Positions 1-9,822 of a stretch of DNA of 64,000 bases are shown here, piece after piece. Made by a program: the position numbers and the translations under genes. Each line of letters begins with the position of its first letter. Within the stretch, counting starts at the first letter, position 1. This DNA is from Thermodesulfobacteriota bacterium (GTDB taxonomy: Bacteria > Desulfobacterota_D > UBA1144 > Nemesobacterales > JAJCZQ01). The notes under the pieces were generated by a model, which saw only the letters and a list, made by a program, of their open reading frames with translations, searched no databases and was not told where the DNA came from. Location of the stretch: contig OZ244044.1 of NCBI GenBank assembly GCA_965215275.1, forward strand, positions 1,536,001-1,600,000. Reading direction: 5' to 3'.

Positions 1-1
1 A

Positions 2-1426
2 TTGAATTTTAACTTTGTCACCCAAGTGATAAGCGGAACACCAACTGCTGCGATGCCTAAGACTGATTATACATGGAGAGCAACGGACAGAGACGGATAT
101 ACGGCTGAATTGACGTTCAGTATAACGATAACGGCCCTGTCCTTTGACGGGCAGGTACCTTCTTCTCCTGTTTTGTACTTGGCGGAGAGACCAGTAACAC
201 CGTTAACACTGCCTGCTGCAACGGGAGGTACTGCTCCGTATACTTACGTTCTGACCCCTGAATTACCTGATGGACTGGACTTTAACGATACCACCAGAGT
301 TATAAGCGGGACACCGACTGCTGCAACGCCCGTGAATACCTATACGTATACCGTTACAGACGCAGACGGAACTGAGACGGAGGTGACGTTCGATATTGCC
401 GTAGCAGCACACTTTTCAGGCGTTGAGATAGAAAGCAGGTTTTACACGGTCGGTACGGCGGTAACGGAAACGCTGCCCGAGGCAATCGGACATAACGGAA
501 CGGTAACGTACAGTTTAACTCCTGCCCCTCCTGCTGAATTGACCTTTACCCCTGCCACCCGGGTTATAAGCGGAACACCGACTGCTATACAGAAGAATGC
601 GAGGCTTTATACGTATAGTGCTGCTACCGGTGCAGGTGTACCTGCTCGAACGTTGGTGTTCCATATCACGGTAAGAGATGAACCGGACACAAGGCCGAGT
701 TTCGGCGGTGAGACGGTAGAAGATAAGGAATACATAATATCGGGAAGTCCGATAACCCCGTTCGTGCTGCCTGAGGCAACGGGAGGGAATGGAACGGTAA
801 CATACAGTCTGACTCCTCGTTTACCAGACGGATTGATCTTTACGCCTGTTGATCGAGAGACAAGCGGGACACTGACTGCTGCGATGTCTGAGACCGATTA
901 TACGTGGAGTGCCACGGACGAGGATAACGACAGGGCTGGGTTAACGTTCAGTATAACGGTGGAAGAGGACAGCGAACCGGCATTCAGCGTGACGACGATA
1001 GAAGATCAGGTGTACACGGGGGAAAGAATAAGGCTGCCGGTAGCAACGGGAGGGAACCCGCCGTTAAGATACAGTATAGATCCTCGTTTACCGACGGGAA
1101 TGAGATTGAACGAAGACACAGGGGTCATAAGCGGGACGCCCGCGAGTGCGTCACCTGCAACTTCTTACACGTACACGGTAACGGACAGGAATGGAGACAT
1201 GAAAGGGTTGACTTTCAGGCTCAGTGCAGAGGTTTCTTCTACTCCAGGACCAACAACAGGAAGACCAGGAACGTCAGGTAGTGATTCAGGCGGAGGTGGA
1301 GGAGGATGTGCCGTCTCAGATCAGAGCAGCACTGCTTCTGATATTCCCGGAGTAATTGCATGTCTGATACTTATTCCTGTATCAGTAGTGATAAAAAGGA
1401 AGAGAAGATCTCAGATAAAGACTTAG
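2..1426 (+). CDS. Surface protein paralog 1 (5' truncated by window): putative Ig (He_PIG-like) repeats plus Gly6-Cys/TM/basic C-terminal tail
   Basis: About 4.5 repeats of ~95 aa (LPxATGG..YSLxPxLPxGLxF...RxISGTPT...YTYTxTDxDG); C-terminus GGGGGGC-hydrophobic-KRKRR shared with paralogs 2 and 3. Confidence 0.85.
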   Translation: MNFNFVTQVISGTPTAAMPKTDYTWRATDRDGYTAELTFSITITALSFDGQVPSSPVLYLAERPVTPLTLPAATGGTAPYTYVLTPELPDGLDFNDTTRVISGTPTAATPVNTYTYTVTDADGTETEVTFDIAVAAHFSGVEIESRFYTVGTAVTETLPEAIGHNGTVTYSLTPAPPAELTFTPATRVISGTPTAIQKNARLYTYSAATGAGVPARTLVFHITVRDEPDTRPSFGGETVEDKEYIISGSPITPFVLPEATGGNGTVTYSLTPRLPDGLIFTPVDRETSGTLTAAMSETDYTWSATDEDNDRAGLTFSITVEEDSEPAFSVTTIEDQVYTGERIRLPVATGGNPPLRYSIDPRLPTGMRLNEDTGVISGTPASASPATSYTYTVTDRNGDMKGLTFRLSAEVSSTPGPTTGRPGTSGSDSGGGGGGCAVSDQSSTASDIPGVIACLILIPVSVVIKRKRRSQIKT

Positions 1427-1820
1427 CAGTGCGGTCCTTTCAAAGGCATTTCTGAGAAAGAATTACAGCCCGGTTTTCTTTTATATCAGTTATCAGTTCG
1501 TTGAAGAGAATGAATGTATTGCCGTGTGTTGAACCGTCTTGATATTCTGAACGGGTTGAAAGAACGGGACGAACGATCTCTGAACTGAGAAATTCATTAC
1601 TACGGAAAAATAAGGGGATTATATAGTTAAGTGCCGAAACCACTATTTCTTTACTTTCGTGGTATTCCCTTTTGATTTTTTACTGTTTTGTTTTTTTATC
1701 TTCCGAACTTTATCATAATTAGGTTGTAATAATGTCTTTACTACTTCGTCCACTGTAGCTGGTATGTGTGAAATAAAGCTGTTTTTATAAGTTTTATCTT
1801 TTTCTGTCATTTTATCTATC

Positions 1821-2309
1821 CTATCTCGGATAAATTATAGTTCCCTTAGATTTAGCCCATCTTTCAGTAAACCCTACATGTGATATATCATTACTACTTC
1901 TATCCAGTTGTCTTTCTGTTTCTTTAACTACTATTTCTGGTTCTAATTCATATATTACTTTTACTCTTGTCTGATCATATTCATAAAAAATAGCTAAATA
2001 TATTTTACTATTTCTCCTTATACGATTTAGAGATTCCTGTCTTTTATCAGGAGGAGATTTAAACATCCTGTCTAACTGACCCGTGCCACCTTCCTTACAA
2101 GACAAATATTCATAAACTATATTATGATCTTTAAAATCTCTGGCATCTGCATCTCTTTTACTGTGTATAAGTTCATGTCCCAATAAATCAGCTATTATCA
2201 TCTCTTTAACTAATCCAGGTTGTAGTAAATTATATATACCCATTGATTTGGCAAGATCAGCTGCTTTTAACACTAAATCTATTATCCTGCGATAGATGTT
2301 AGATGCCAT
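1821..2309 (-). CDS. PvuII-like type II restriction endonuclease
   Basis: 162 aa; blocks DLAKSMGIYNLLQ, IYELEP and KGTIIY resemble R.PvuII DLALKHGINDIFQ, IYRLEP and HGTKIY (recalled sequence); overlaps the MTase 3' end. Confidence 0.65.
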   Translation of the reverse strand: MASNIYRRIIDLVLKAADLAKSMGIYNLLQPGLVKEMIIADLLGHELIHSKRDADARDFKDHNIVYEYLSCKEGGTGQLDRMFKSPPDKRQESLNRIRRNSKIYLAIFYEYDQTRVKVIYELEPEIVVKETERQLDRSSNDISHVGFTERWAKSKGTIIYPR

Positions 2310-3088
2310 TCTATCTCCTCTTTATATTCTGAATTTATTCTGGATCTAGATAAATCAATATATCTATCATTAATTTCAAAAGCTATAAAATCCCTTTTGT
2401 AATTTTCACATACTACAGCTGTAGTTCCTACACCTGAAAATGGATCAAGCACAACATCACCTTCATTAGAACTTGCAAGAACTAATCTTTCTATTAACTT
2501 CTCTGGCTTTTGTATGGTATTAAGAAGTTCTCTTGATATTAACTCTTTTGATTTATAGGTTAATTGTTTAACATCTCCCCATACATCACCTGGATTCTTG
2601 CCTTTAGTATTAAACTTAGTTTTATTAAATTTTCCATTAGTTACAGAGGGAACATTTTCACATCTTTGTCTATGTGTTAGTTCTACTAACTGTGGAACTC
2701 TGATATCATCTAAATTAAAACATTTTGCTTGTTTACCTTTAACAAAGTAATAGATAATATCGTAATTGTTTGTGTATTTTAGTTTACCTTGAGATAACCT
2801 GCTTGGCTGGTACCATATTATTTTAGATTTACAGTTTAAATATTTTCTATAATCTACAAAATCCAAACAATCAGGTTTACCGAACAAATATAAAGTTCCG
2901 CCTGTTTTTAATTTAGGTTCAAATTTCTTTAACAGATTAAGATTAAACTTTTGAATACTTGGAATACGGTCCCAATCATTATCAGTAACTCCGTAAGGAC
3001 CATCACATATAATTAAGTCAATAGATTTATCGTCTACTTTCTTGATTAAATCTAACGCATCCCCACAGTAAAATTCGTTTAATTTCAT
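2282..3088 (-). CDS. Beta-class amino (N4-C/N6-A) DNA methyltransferase
   Basis: Motif IV variant DGPY near the N-terminus, QKPEKLIERLV, motif I VLDPFSGVGTT near the C-terminus. Confidence 0.9.
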   Translation of the reverse strand: MKLNEFYCGDALDLIKKVDDKSIDLIICDGPYGVTDNDWDRIPSIQKFNLNLLKKFEPKLKTGGTLYLFGKPDCLDFVDYRKYLNCKSKIIWYQPSRLSQGKLKYTNNYDIIYYFVKGKQAKCFNLDDIRVPQLVELTHRQRCENVPSVTNGKFNKTKFNTKGKNPGDVWGDVKQLTYKSKELISRELLNTIQKPEKLIERLVLASSNEGDVVLDPFSGVGTTAVVCENYKRDFIAFEINDRYIDLSRSRINSEYKEEIEWHLTSIAG

Positions 3089-3090
3089 TT

Positions 3091-4029
3091 CTAACTGATC
3101 AATTCTTTGTATTTAAGATGCTTACCTGACAAACCTTTAATAACTTTTTCGATCTGATTCATAGTATGTAAAGGACGGATGTTATGCCTGCCCGCATACT
3201 CATCTACATAGCGTTGTAGATGTTTCCTGCTCATGTAGTGGTATATCCCAGTATGTCCTCTTTTCAGCATAGACCAGAAACTTTCCATCCCGTTGGTATG
3301 TGCCTGTTCCTTGATATATTCACCTACTCCGTGATTAACTGTCTTGTGTTTATACCCTTTTTTATTCAGTCCACTATATCCTAAATTCTCATCTGTATAG
3401 ATCGTTGATCCGTCTTGAACTGTTTCCTTAATCATATTTTGCAGTTCATCCTTCTTAACGGTTTCTGTTACTTTTGCTTTAACCTTCTTATCTACTCTTG
3501 ACTTAATACCTACTACGGCAGATTTAGTTTTAGTACTTCTGCCCTGTGTTCCCTTCACTTTTTTACTGGCATGCTTGTTTCTCTCAAGTCCGCCAACATA
3601 AGTCTCATCCATCTCTATTGGTGACATTAAAGGATTATCTGATTGCTCGTCAAATACCTTCCTTATTCGGTGTCCTAAATACCAGGCTGTCGTTTGAGTA
3701 ACTCCTATATCTCTTGCCAACTTATGACTGGATACTCCCTTTAAGTTGGTAGTCATCAAATATATAGCTAATAACCATTGATGCAAAGATAAATTACTAC
3801 CTTCAAATACAGTGCCTGTTCTGACACTAAATCGTTTATCACAATCTTTACACCTATAAGGCATGGTAGCATGTTTAGCTTTAGAAGTTCTTACACTTCC
3901 ACAACGAGGGCAACATTTATACTCATTATCTTCACCCCAGAGCATCTTCTCAATATGTTTTCTTGCTGATTCCTCGTCTGGAAACATTTTATTAAAATCA
4001 TATAAACTAACTTTTTTTCTATGTGCCAT
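3091..4029 (-). CDS. IS1595-family (ISXO2-like) DDE transposase
   Basis: Zn ribbon CPRCG..YRCKDC, HTH, EMDETYVGG, IYTDE, VNH, HTNGMESFWSMLKR, YVDEYAGRHN. Confidence 0.95.
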   Translation of the reverse strand: MAHRKKVSLYDFNKMFPDEESARKHIEKMLWGEDNEYKCCPRCGSVRTSKAKHATMPYRCKDCDKRFSVRTGTVFEGSNLSLHQWLLAIYLMTTNLKGVSSHKLARDIGVTQTTAWYLGHRIRKVFDEQSDNPLMSPIEMDETYVGGLERNKHASKKVKGTQGRSTKTKSAVVGIKSRVDKKVKAKVTETVKKDELQNMIKETVQDGSTIYTDENLGYSGLNKKGYKHKTVNHGVGEYIKEQAHTNGMESFWSMLKRGHTGIYHYMSRKHLQRYVDEYAGRHNIRPLHTMNQIEKVIKGLSGKHLKYKELIS

Positions 4030-4051
4030 TTACTTCTCCTTCGTTTATCTT

Positions 4052-4090
4052 ATGGTAAAATCTTACCATTTTTAACTTGATAAATCAAGT
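4052..4090 (-). promoter_or_regulatory. Sigma70-like promoter of the tnp-M-R operon overlapped by two palindromes
   Basis: Minus strand TTGATT-17bp-TAAGAT followed by RBS AAGGAG; palindromes ATGGTAA-N4-TTACCAT (4052-4069) and ACTTGAT-N2-ATCAAGT (4075-4090). Confidence 0.55.
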
Positions 4091-4209
4091 CATTTTCGGC
4101 ACTAAACTATATTGTTCCCTAAGTTATATATGTGATCTTCTGAATATCCCGTTTGCTAAAGTATATTACTCCCTAAAGATTTAACAGGAATATCCCTGCT
4201 CCGTTTCTT

Positions 4210-6999
4210 TTACTGTACGGGGTTTACCGTATATGTGCAGGAGACCTGTTCATTGAGCCTGTAGTTCCTGCAACCCCAGAACGTTCCGTAAGGACCTTTT
4301 CTTTCTACCATATCTGCACCACAAAGCTGACAAATGGGGACCTTCATATCGCACTGCGGATCCGTACAGACCCTAATTTCCTCCAGCCGCTTCATAGGGT
4401 TACCACACTTTACACAGCCACTTTCGAACTCTTCCATTTCAATGGGATAATTTTCCCTTATCAGCTCTACTACGAAATCAGATGCTATATTCCTGTTGTA
4501 ATTACAGATCAGATAGACGCGATACCGGGCTCTTGTGAGTGCCACGTAAAATAAACGACGTTCTTCGGCGTATAGGAAGGATTCTGACTTTGGCAGAAAG
4601 GACTCGAGCAGTGGATGCGTGCTCTTTTGTGATGGAAATCCATATTCTCCAGATTGCAAGTTCAGCACAACGACAAAATCAGCTTCCTTACCTTTGGAAC
4701 CGTGTATCGTCATAGCAGAAACAGATAGATCGGGATGGTCTTTATCCAGCTTTTTTAACGTTTGATCACTTGGGAGGTCAAACCGAAATCTGCTCAGAAA
4801 GTATACCGTGCTGCTTTTTTCCACGTGAGAAGAGATCTTATTGAGGACTTCTTGCAATATGGGGTCTAATTCAGAACTATCTTCAGTGGTTGCATAGTTT
4901 GTTCTCAGAATGGAAATTGCTGGTTGTTCAGCTACGGTGTGCGTTGATAACGTTTTTTGGATCTGAGCCGGATTTTTCAGAATAAATTTAGACGTAACAT
5001 CACAGATACTGTTATTGAATCTGAACGTTTTGTCTAACCTCGTTATCTTGGTTGCACCAAATTCGTCAGCAAATTGAGTAATAAATGCAATGTCACTGCC
5101 GGTAAATCGATAAATAGACTGCCAGTCATCTCCGACGCAGAAAAGGGAGCAGTCATCTGCGGAATCTCTCAATGCCTTGATCAGTCTTGCCCGGGGATCT
5201 GATATATCCTGAAATTCATCAACAAGTATATATCGCCATCTTGAATTAAATCGTCCTTCATTGACGTAGGTGATGGCACGGCCGATCATATCATCAAAAT
5301 CGATCTGGTCTTCATCGGATAATTTTTTCTTGTAAGATCCAATTATAGGTTTAAGCAGATTTAATGCTTCTGATGCCTGACTTGGATCACTTGACCCCCT
5401 TATTACATCTGCAATTTGCTCCTCCTCAAAGTGACAGGCATTGTACAACTGCAGGAACTGCGTTAGTAATTTGGCGAATTCACTTATTGCACCAAAATCC
5501 TTGAGATCTTTCAGAACGTTCTCAGAAGACCGGGGATTAAATGTGACGCCTGCCCTTTTAAGTTTGGTTTTGAGTGAACTTAAAAGCGAGTCTTCGGTTT
5601 GCTCATAATAATAGGTTTCTATTAGATGAGTGCCGTATTTCTTATGTATTTCACGTTTCCAGTTCATATCTCGATGGTATTTTCCCCGATTGACGTACGG
5701 TGGGGTGTTGCCATTTTTGTCTATACCAAAATGCTCAATATAGATCTCATACTCAGGTAAATAGAAATCTGGTTGGTACTGACGATGATCCCGTGAACGA
5801 GTGGAGTATTTATATTTTGCTTCATACCTGTATTCTATTCCAAGCTTGAAAAGACAGTTGGCGATCAGACATTCACCAAGGCTTTTTACCTTTTCGCCTT
5901 TAAGGGTCCTGATACCGTTAGCCTGGATATAGTTAAAGTATTCACTTTCGGATTTAAAGTCGAACGGATTTACCTGGGGATAAAGATAATGGTCAAAATA
6001 CTCGATTACTTTTTGCCTGTACGCAGTTTCCTGCATTTGTTCTTCAAACCACCTGTTCACGTGATTTGTCAGTTTTATATCATCTTCTGCCAGAGGTGAA
6101 ATTGAAGGCTGGACACCTTCTACGTCGGCAATTATATCCTTTCCCAGTTTGTGGAACGTGCTGGCAACGACCCCTGTTTTACCGAACTTTTCATTCAGGC
6201 GTTCCTGCATTTCATCGGCGGCTTTTCTGGCAAAAGCGAGCATTAAGATCTGTTCTGGTCTTGCCTGTCCGCTTTTTATTAAAAAACCAGCCCTGCTGAC
6301 CATAGTGCTTGTCTTACCGGTTCCGGCACCGGCAAGAACCAGATTGTTATCTTCGTCGGTAATACAGGCGTCTCTTTGTCTCTCGGTCAGTGGGTTTTCT
6401 TCAATGGTGTCAAAGTAATTGACGAACTCCACTTTCTTATCTTTTAAATATTTTTTGCGGCGTACCTCAAGTTCCTTTTTTCCCCAGGACGCTAATTCAT
6501 TTAACAATTTGAAATCGTCCATGTGCTGTTTTTCAACCGTGTCTTGAGGAGGTACTTCCTTGAAAATCTCACGCTGCCTGATCGCGATAGTACGGATGCG
6601 TTGAAATTTTGAACTGCGTAGATAGCTGTCCTGCTCTAAGACCGACCGCACTTCGGCAGATGCTTTACTGACTTCGGGTAATATCTTTCTGTAAAAAAGC
6701 TGCCTTAACCATTTGTAAGTATCTCTTGTGGCTTCCTTAGGCAGATATTCGAAGGACTGGGTTCCTTCACTGGTGTTAAAAGTAAGTTTTGCAAAAAACG
6801 GTCCTTCTTTGTATAGATTGGAGTTGTTGAGTTTCTCTATATCTATCTCTAGTGTTCTGCTTTCGTTTACGTGTAGATACACTTTATCATTAAGATGTGA
6901 AAAACCTATCTTCTGAGCTCCGAGGATGCGGGAGGTCCATGACGGTGAAATGACCTTCTCTGTTCTTAACTTTTTTGGGGTTGTTGAATTTGGCAACAT
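4210..6999 (-). CDS. UvrD-family DNA helicase IV-like protein with inserted PD-(D/E)xK-like domain and C-terminal topoisomerase-type Zn ribbon
   Basis: AGAGTGKT, DEFQD, VGDDWQSIYRF, TIHGSKGKE, EERRLFYVALTRA; insert KSLGE..PDFYL..IEHFG; CQLCG..KGPYGTFWGC. Confidence 0.85.
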   Translation of the reverse strand: MLPNSTTPKKLRTEKVISPSWTSRILGAQKIGFSHLNDKVYLHVNESRTLEIDIEKLNNSNLYKEGPFFAKLTFNTSEGTQSFEYLPKEATRDTYKWLRQLFYRKILPEVSKASAEVRSVLEQDSYLRSSKFQRIRTIAIRQREIFKEVPPQDTVEKQHMDDFKLLNELASWGKKELEVRRKKYLKDKKVEFVNYFDTIEENPLTERQRDACITDEDNNLVLAGAGTGKTSTMVSRAGFLIKSGQARPEQILMLAFARKAADEMQERLNEKFGKTGVVASTFHKLGKDIIADVEGVQPSISPLAEDDIKLTNHVNRWFEEQMQETAYRQKVIEYFDHYLYPQVNPFDFKSESEYFNYIQANGIRTLKGEKVKSLGECLIANCLFKLGIEYRYEAKYKYSTRSRDHRQYQPDFYLPEYEIYIEHFGIDKNGNTPPYVNRGKYHRDMNWKREIHKKYGTHLIETYYYEQTEDSLLSSLKTKLKRAGVTFNPRSSENVLKDLKDFGAISEFAKLLTQFLQLYNACHFEEEQIADVIRGSSDPSQASEALNLLKPIIGSYKKKLSDEDQIDFDDMIGRAITYVNEGRFNSRWRYILVDEFQDISDPRARLIKALRDSADDCSLFCVGDDWQSIYRFTGSDIAFITQFADEFGATKITRLDKTFRFNNSICDVTSKFILKNPAQIQKTLSTHTVAEQPAISILRTNYATTEDSSELDPILQEVLNKISSHVEKSSTVYFLSRFRFDLPSDQTLKKLDKDHPDLSVSAMTIHGSKGKEADFVVVLNLQSGEYGFPSQKSTHPLLESFLPKSESFLYAEERRLFYVALTRARYRVYLICNYNRNIASDFVVELIRENYPIEMEEFESGCVKCGNPMKRLEEIRVCTDPQCDMKVPICQLCGADMVERKGPYGTFWGCRNYRLNEQVSCTYTVNPVQ

Positions 7000-7088
7000 T
7001 CGTACAACGACTGGCCTCCACGGTGTTGATCCGTGTCTGCATTACAATAAGGTTAAAAACTTACAGTAATCTGTCGTTCTATACAATT

Positions 7089-7721
7089 TTAAGGACCAGT
7101 AAAAAAACCGCTAAGCTCCCTCGCGGCCATTTCCGTGTCTTCAGGACCAAAGACACCGGTTATGACGGCAATACCGTCCACGCCAGTGTTGATTATAGCT
7201 TGTGCATTGGACTTGTTAATGCCTCCAATGGCAAAGACCGGTACGTTCCTGAATTTCCTTCTGGCTTCATAAAGGGTTTCAATTGGAGTTGATCTTCTTC
7301 CCGGTTTTGTGGGGGTCTTGTAAGGGGTTCCGAAAACTATGTAATCTGCTCCGTCCCTGAGTGCCTTTATGCCGTTCTCAATACGGTTGTAACATGAAGC
7401 ACCTATGATCTTATTGTTCCCTAATATCTTTCTTGCCGTTTTAACGTCCGGGTCGTCTTTTCCAAGGTGCACTCCGTCTGCTTCGATTTCACGGGCGATC
7501 TCGGGCGAGTCGTTAATGATCAGCGGAACGTTGTGTTTATTAGTTATTTTCAGCAAATCCTTTCCCAGTGATATCGTTTCATCCGCTTTTGTATTTTTTT
7601 CTCTCAGCTGAACTATTCCTGCTCCACCTTTTATGGCGGATTCCACTGTGCTGCAGAAATTCTCACGTTCTATAAGATCTTTATCCGTGATAACGTATAG
7701 TCCGTGTAAGTGAAATTTCAT
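7089..7721 (-). CDS. thiE: Thiamine-phosphate synthase
   Basis: LYVITD, VQLREK, LIIND, DGVHLG, PTK, AIGGI motifs. Confidence 0.95.
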   Translation of the reverse strand: MKFHLHGLYVITDKDLIERENFCSTVESAIKGGAGIVQLREKNTKADETISLGKDLLKITNKHNVPLIINDSPEIAREIEADGVHLGKDDPDVKTARKILGNNKIIGASCYNRIENGIKALRDGADYIVFGTPYKTPTKPGRRSTPIETLYEARRKFRNVPVFAIGGINKSNAQAIINTGVDGIAVITGVFGPEDTEMAARELSGFFTGP

Positions 7722-7918
7722 ATGTTAAAGATAACTGGCTTGATAAACGGGCAAGTTGCGTAACTGGTAATGATAGGTCCATTGTGCCGGGTCGTATGGA
7801 GTAGTATACCGGTTCACGGGCAGTGTCGCATCTTATACCGGGTTTTTTATCGGTTTTTAAGCCAAGCTGCTTCCTCCAGTAAAAACGTTGCTGCTGCCAA
7901 TCGTTACAACTTTGCTTA

Positions 7919-9253
7919 TCAGTTAAACAGGTTTCTGTTTATGGCGTCAACAACCGTGTTGTATTCATTTGGAAGTTCAATAGGTTGATTGGGATAGTTT
8001 GGAGTGACACCCTCAAGGTCTTTTTTGTGATAGCCGATCTTGAATTCGACGAATTTTAGTCCGTGTGCCGTTGAAATTATTACGACCTTGTCTTTTGGAT
8101 CGAAGAGCTTTTTCCCATGCAGTTTAAGGAATACGGCAAGTGCCACCCCGGTGTGAGGACAGTTAAAGGTGCCCGTTTTGTCTACCAGTGCGGCTGCGTC
8201 CGCAAGTTCCTGTTCAGATGCCTGTTCCACTATACCGTCAAACTCTTTCAGCATTCTGATGGCCTTGTTTATACTTACCGGATTTCCGATCTGAATGGCG
8301 TTGGCAAGGGTTTTTTTAGCCTTTATGGGTTTGAACTCTTTAAAACCCTTTAAATAACTTAGATAAAGTGGATTTGCATTTTGTGACTGAGCACAGACTA
8401 TTTTAGGGAACTTCTTTATCAGTCCCAGGTCGTACATTATTTTAAAACCTTTACCCAGTGCCGAGATATTCCCTAGATTGCCTCCAGGTATTATGATCCA
8501 GTCAGGAACCTCCCAGTCGAACTGTTGACAGAGTTCAATACTGATAGTTTTTTGTCCTTCGATCCTCAGGGAGTTTATGGAATTGGCAAGGTATATGTTC
8601 TGCTCCTCGGTCACCCTTTGGACCATATCCATACAGCCGTCGAAGTCGGTGTCAAGAGACAGGACTATCGCTCCGTTGGAAATAGGTTGTACAAGCTGAG
8701 CTATCGATACTTTATTTTTTGGTAAAAACACTATTGCAGGAATGTCCGCAAACGCACAGTAAGCAGCCAGAGCGGCCGAAGTGTCGCCCGTGGAAGCACA
8801 GGCCACAGCAGGTATATCCCTGTTATTTTTTCGCATCTGGTTCACTACTGAGACCAGGACGGTCATGCCGAGGTCCTTGAAGGAACCCGTGTGGCTGTTG
8901 CCGCACATCTTTATCCATACGTCGTTCATTCCGATCTGTCTTCCGAATCTTTCGGCCCAGAACAGATTTGTGGCACCTTCGTACATTGAGACGATGTTCT
9001 TGTCTTCCACTATAGGGCATACCCATTCCTTCTTGCCCCAGACGGAACTTCCATAGGGCCAAAGTTGTTTTCTGTAACGGTTGTCAAACAGGGATTTCCA
9101 CTCTTTGCTGGATACTTCGCTCAAGGGCCTGACGTCGTGAACGACCTCAAGAAGGTTTCCACATTTTCTGCATCGATAAATTATTTCTTCCAGGGGGTAA
9201 ACTTCGTTGCAATCTTCATCTATACAGTTGAACCAGGCTTTGAATTCGCTCAT
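7919..9253 (-). CDS. thrC: Threonine synthase
   Basis: HTGSFKDLGM PLP lysine, CASTGDTSAALAAY, PGGNLGN, TAHGLKF. Confidence 0.95.
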   Translation of the reverse strand: MSEFKAWFNCIDEDCNEVYPLEEIIYRCRKCGNLLEVVHDVRPLSEVSSKEWKSLFDNRYRKQLWPYGSSVWGKKEWVCPIVEDKNIVSMYEGATNLFWAERFGRQIGMNDVWIKMCGNSHTGSFKDLGMTVLVSVVNQMRKNNRDIPAVACASTGDTSAALAAYCAFADIPAIVFLPKNKVSIAQLVQPISNGAIVLSLDTDFDGCMDMVQRVTEEQNIYLANSINSLRIEGQKTISIELCQQFDWEVPDWIIIPGGNLGNISALGKGFKIMYDLGLIKKFPKIVCAQSQNANPLYLSYLKGFKEFKPIKAKKTLANAIQIGNPVSINKAIRMLKEFDGIVEQASEQELADAAALVDKTGTFNCPHTGVALAVFLKLHGKKLFDPKDKVVIISTAHGLKFVEFKIGYHKKDLEGVTPNYPNQPIELPNEYNTVVDAINRNLFN

Positions 9254-9501
9254 AGCTTAAAAATACATTTTTCAAATATGGTGTCAATTTTAAAAGACGG
9301 TCCCGTTAATTACTGGGGATTATATACTTTGAGTACCGAAGTACCGAAAGTTCTCTTTGACAGCTTACAGATGCATCTTCCTGTCCCAAAATCCTGTTCC
9401 CCAAGGTCTTTAACTTTTCTAAACCTTGTTTTAATATGTTAAACGAAGCGTTTACACAATAAACACGTTCAATACACTTGAATCTGGATTGTGATTTTCT
9501 G

Positions 9502-9780
9502 TTACTTTCTCGTTCTTTTTTTAGACTTTGGCTCGGAAGTTTTATCCATGCTTTCTTCAATTTTTTCTAACTTTGTCAGCAGTCGTTTGATCTGTCCTTC
9601 AACAACGTAAAGAGACTCGTTCGCAGTTTCGATCCTTTTGTGCAGATAGTGACCAATGATCAGGATTGGAATTACAATAAATATTATTTCAAAGATATAC
9701 CCGGGCGTATTATCTCTTCCGGCGCAGCTGGTCAGGATAGGGATGAGCAGGATGATCATTAAAACATTTGAGAATTTCAT
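9502..9780 (-). CDS. Small hypothetical membrane/lipoprotein
   Basis: Lipobox-like ILTSC, one TM helix, coiled-coil tail; upstream GGAG RBS. Confidence 0.6.
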   Translation of the reverse strand: MKFSNVLMIILLIPILTSCAGRDNTPGYIFEIIFIVIPILIIGHYLHKRIETANESLYVVEGQIKRLLTKLEKIEESMDKTSEPKSKKRTRK

Positions 9781-9822
9781 ATTGAATACTCCTTCGGATA
9801 CTTTGTTAAGGTAATTATAGAT

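Larger units (their letters stand above)
1614..4119 (-). mobile_element. IS1595-family transporter IS carrying a type II R-M pair
   Basis: Terminal inverted repeats GGGGATTATATAGTTAAGTGCCGAAA (1614-1639) and reverse complement of 4094-4119 GGGAACAATATAGTTTAGTGCCGAAA (22/26) enclose transposase, MTase and REase; AT-rich interior; no clean 8-bp TSD. Confidence 0.85.

Noticed and set aside
1571..1613. Degenerate further copy of the 72-75 bp repeat behind paralog 1
   Set aside because: Only short matches (GAACTGAGA, TACGG); too weak to call
1606..4127. Target-site duplication of the IS1595 element
   Set aside because: 8-bp flanks AAAAATAA and TAAGTTAT differ; only TAA repeats, which is not significant in AT-rich DNA
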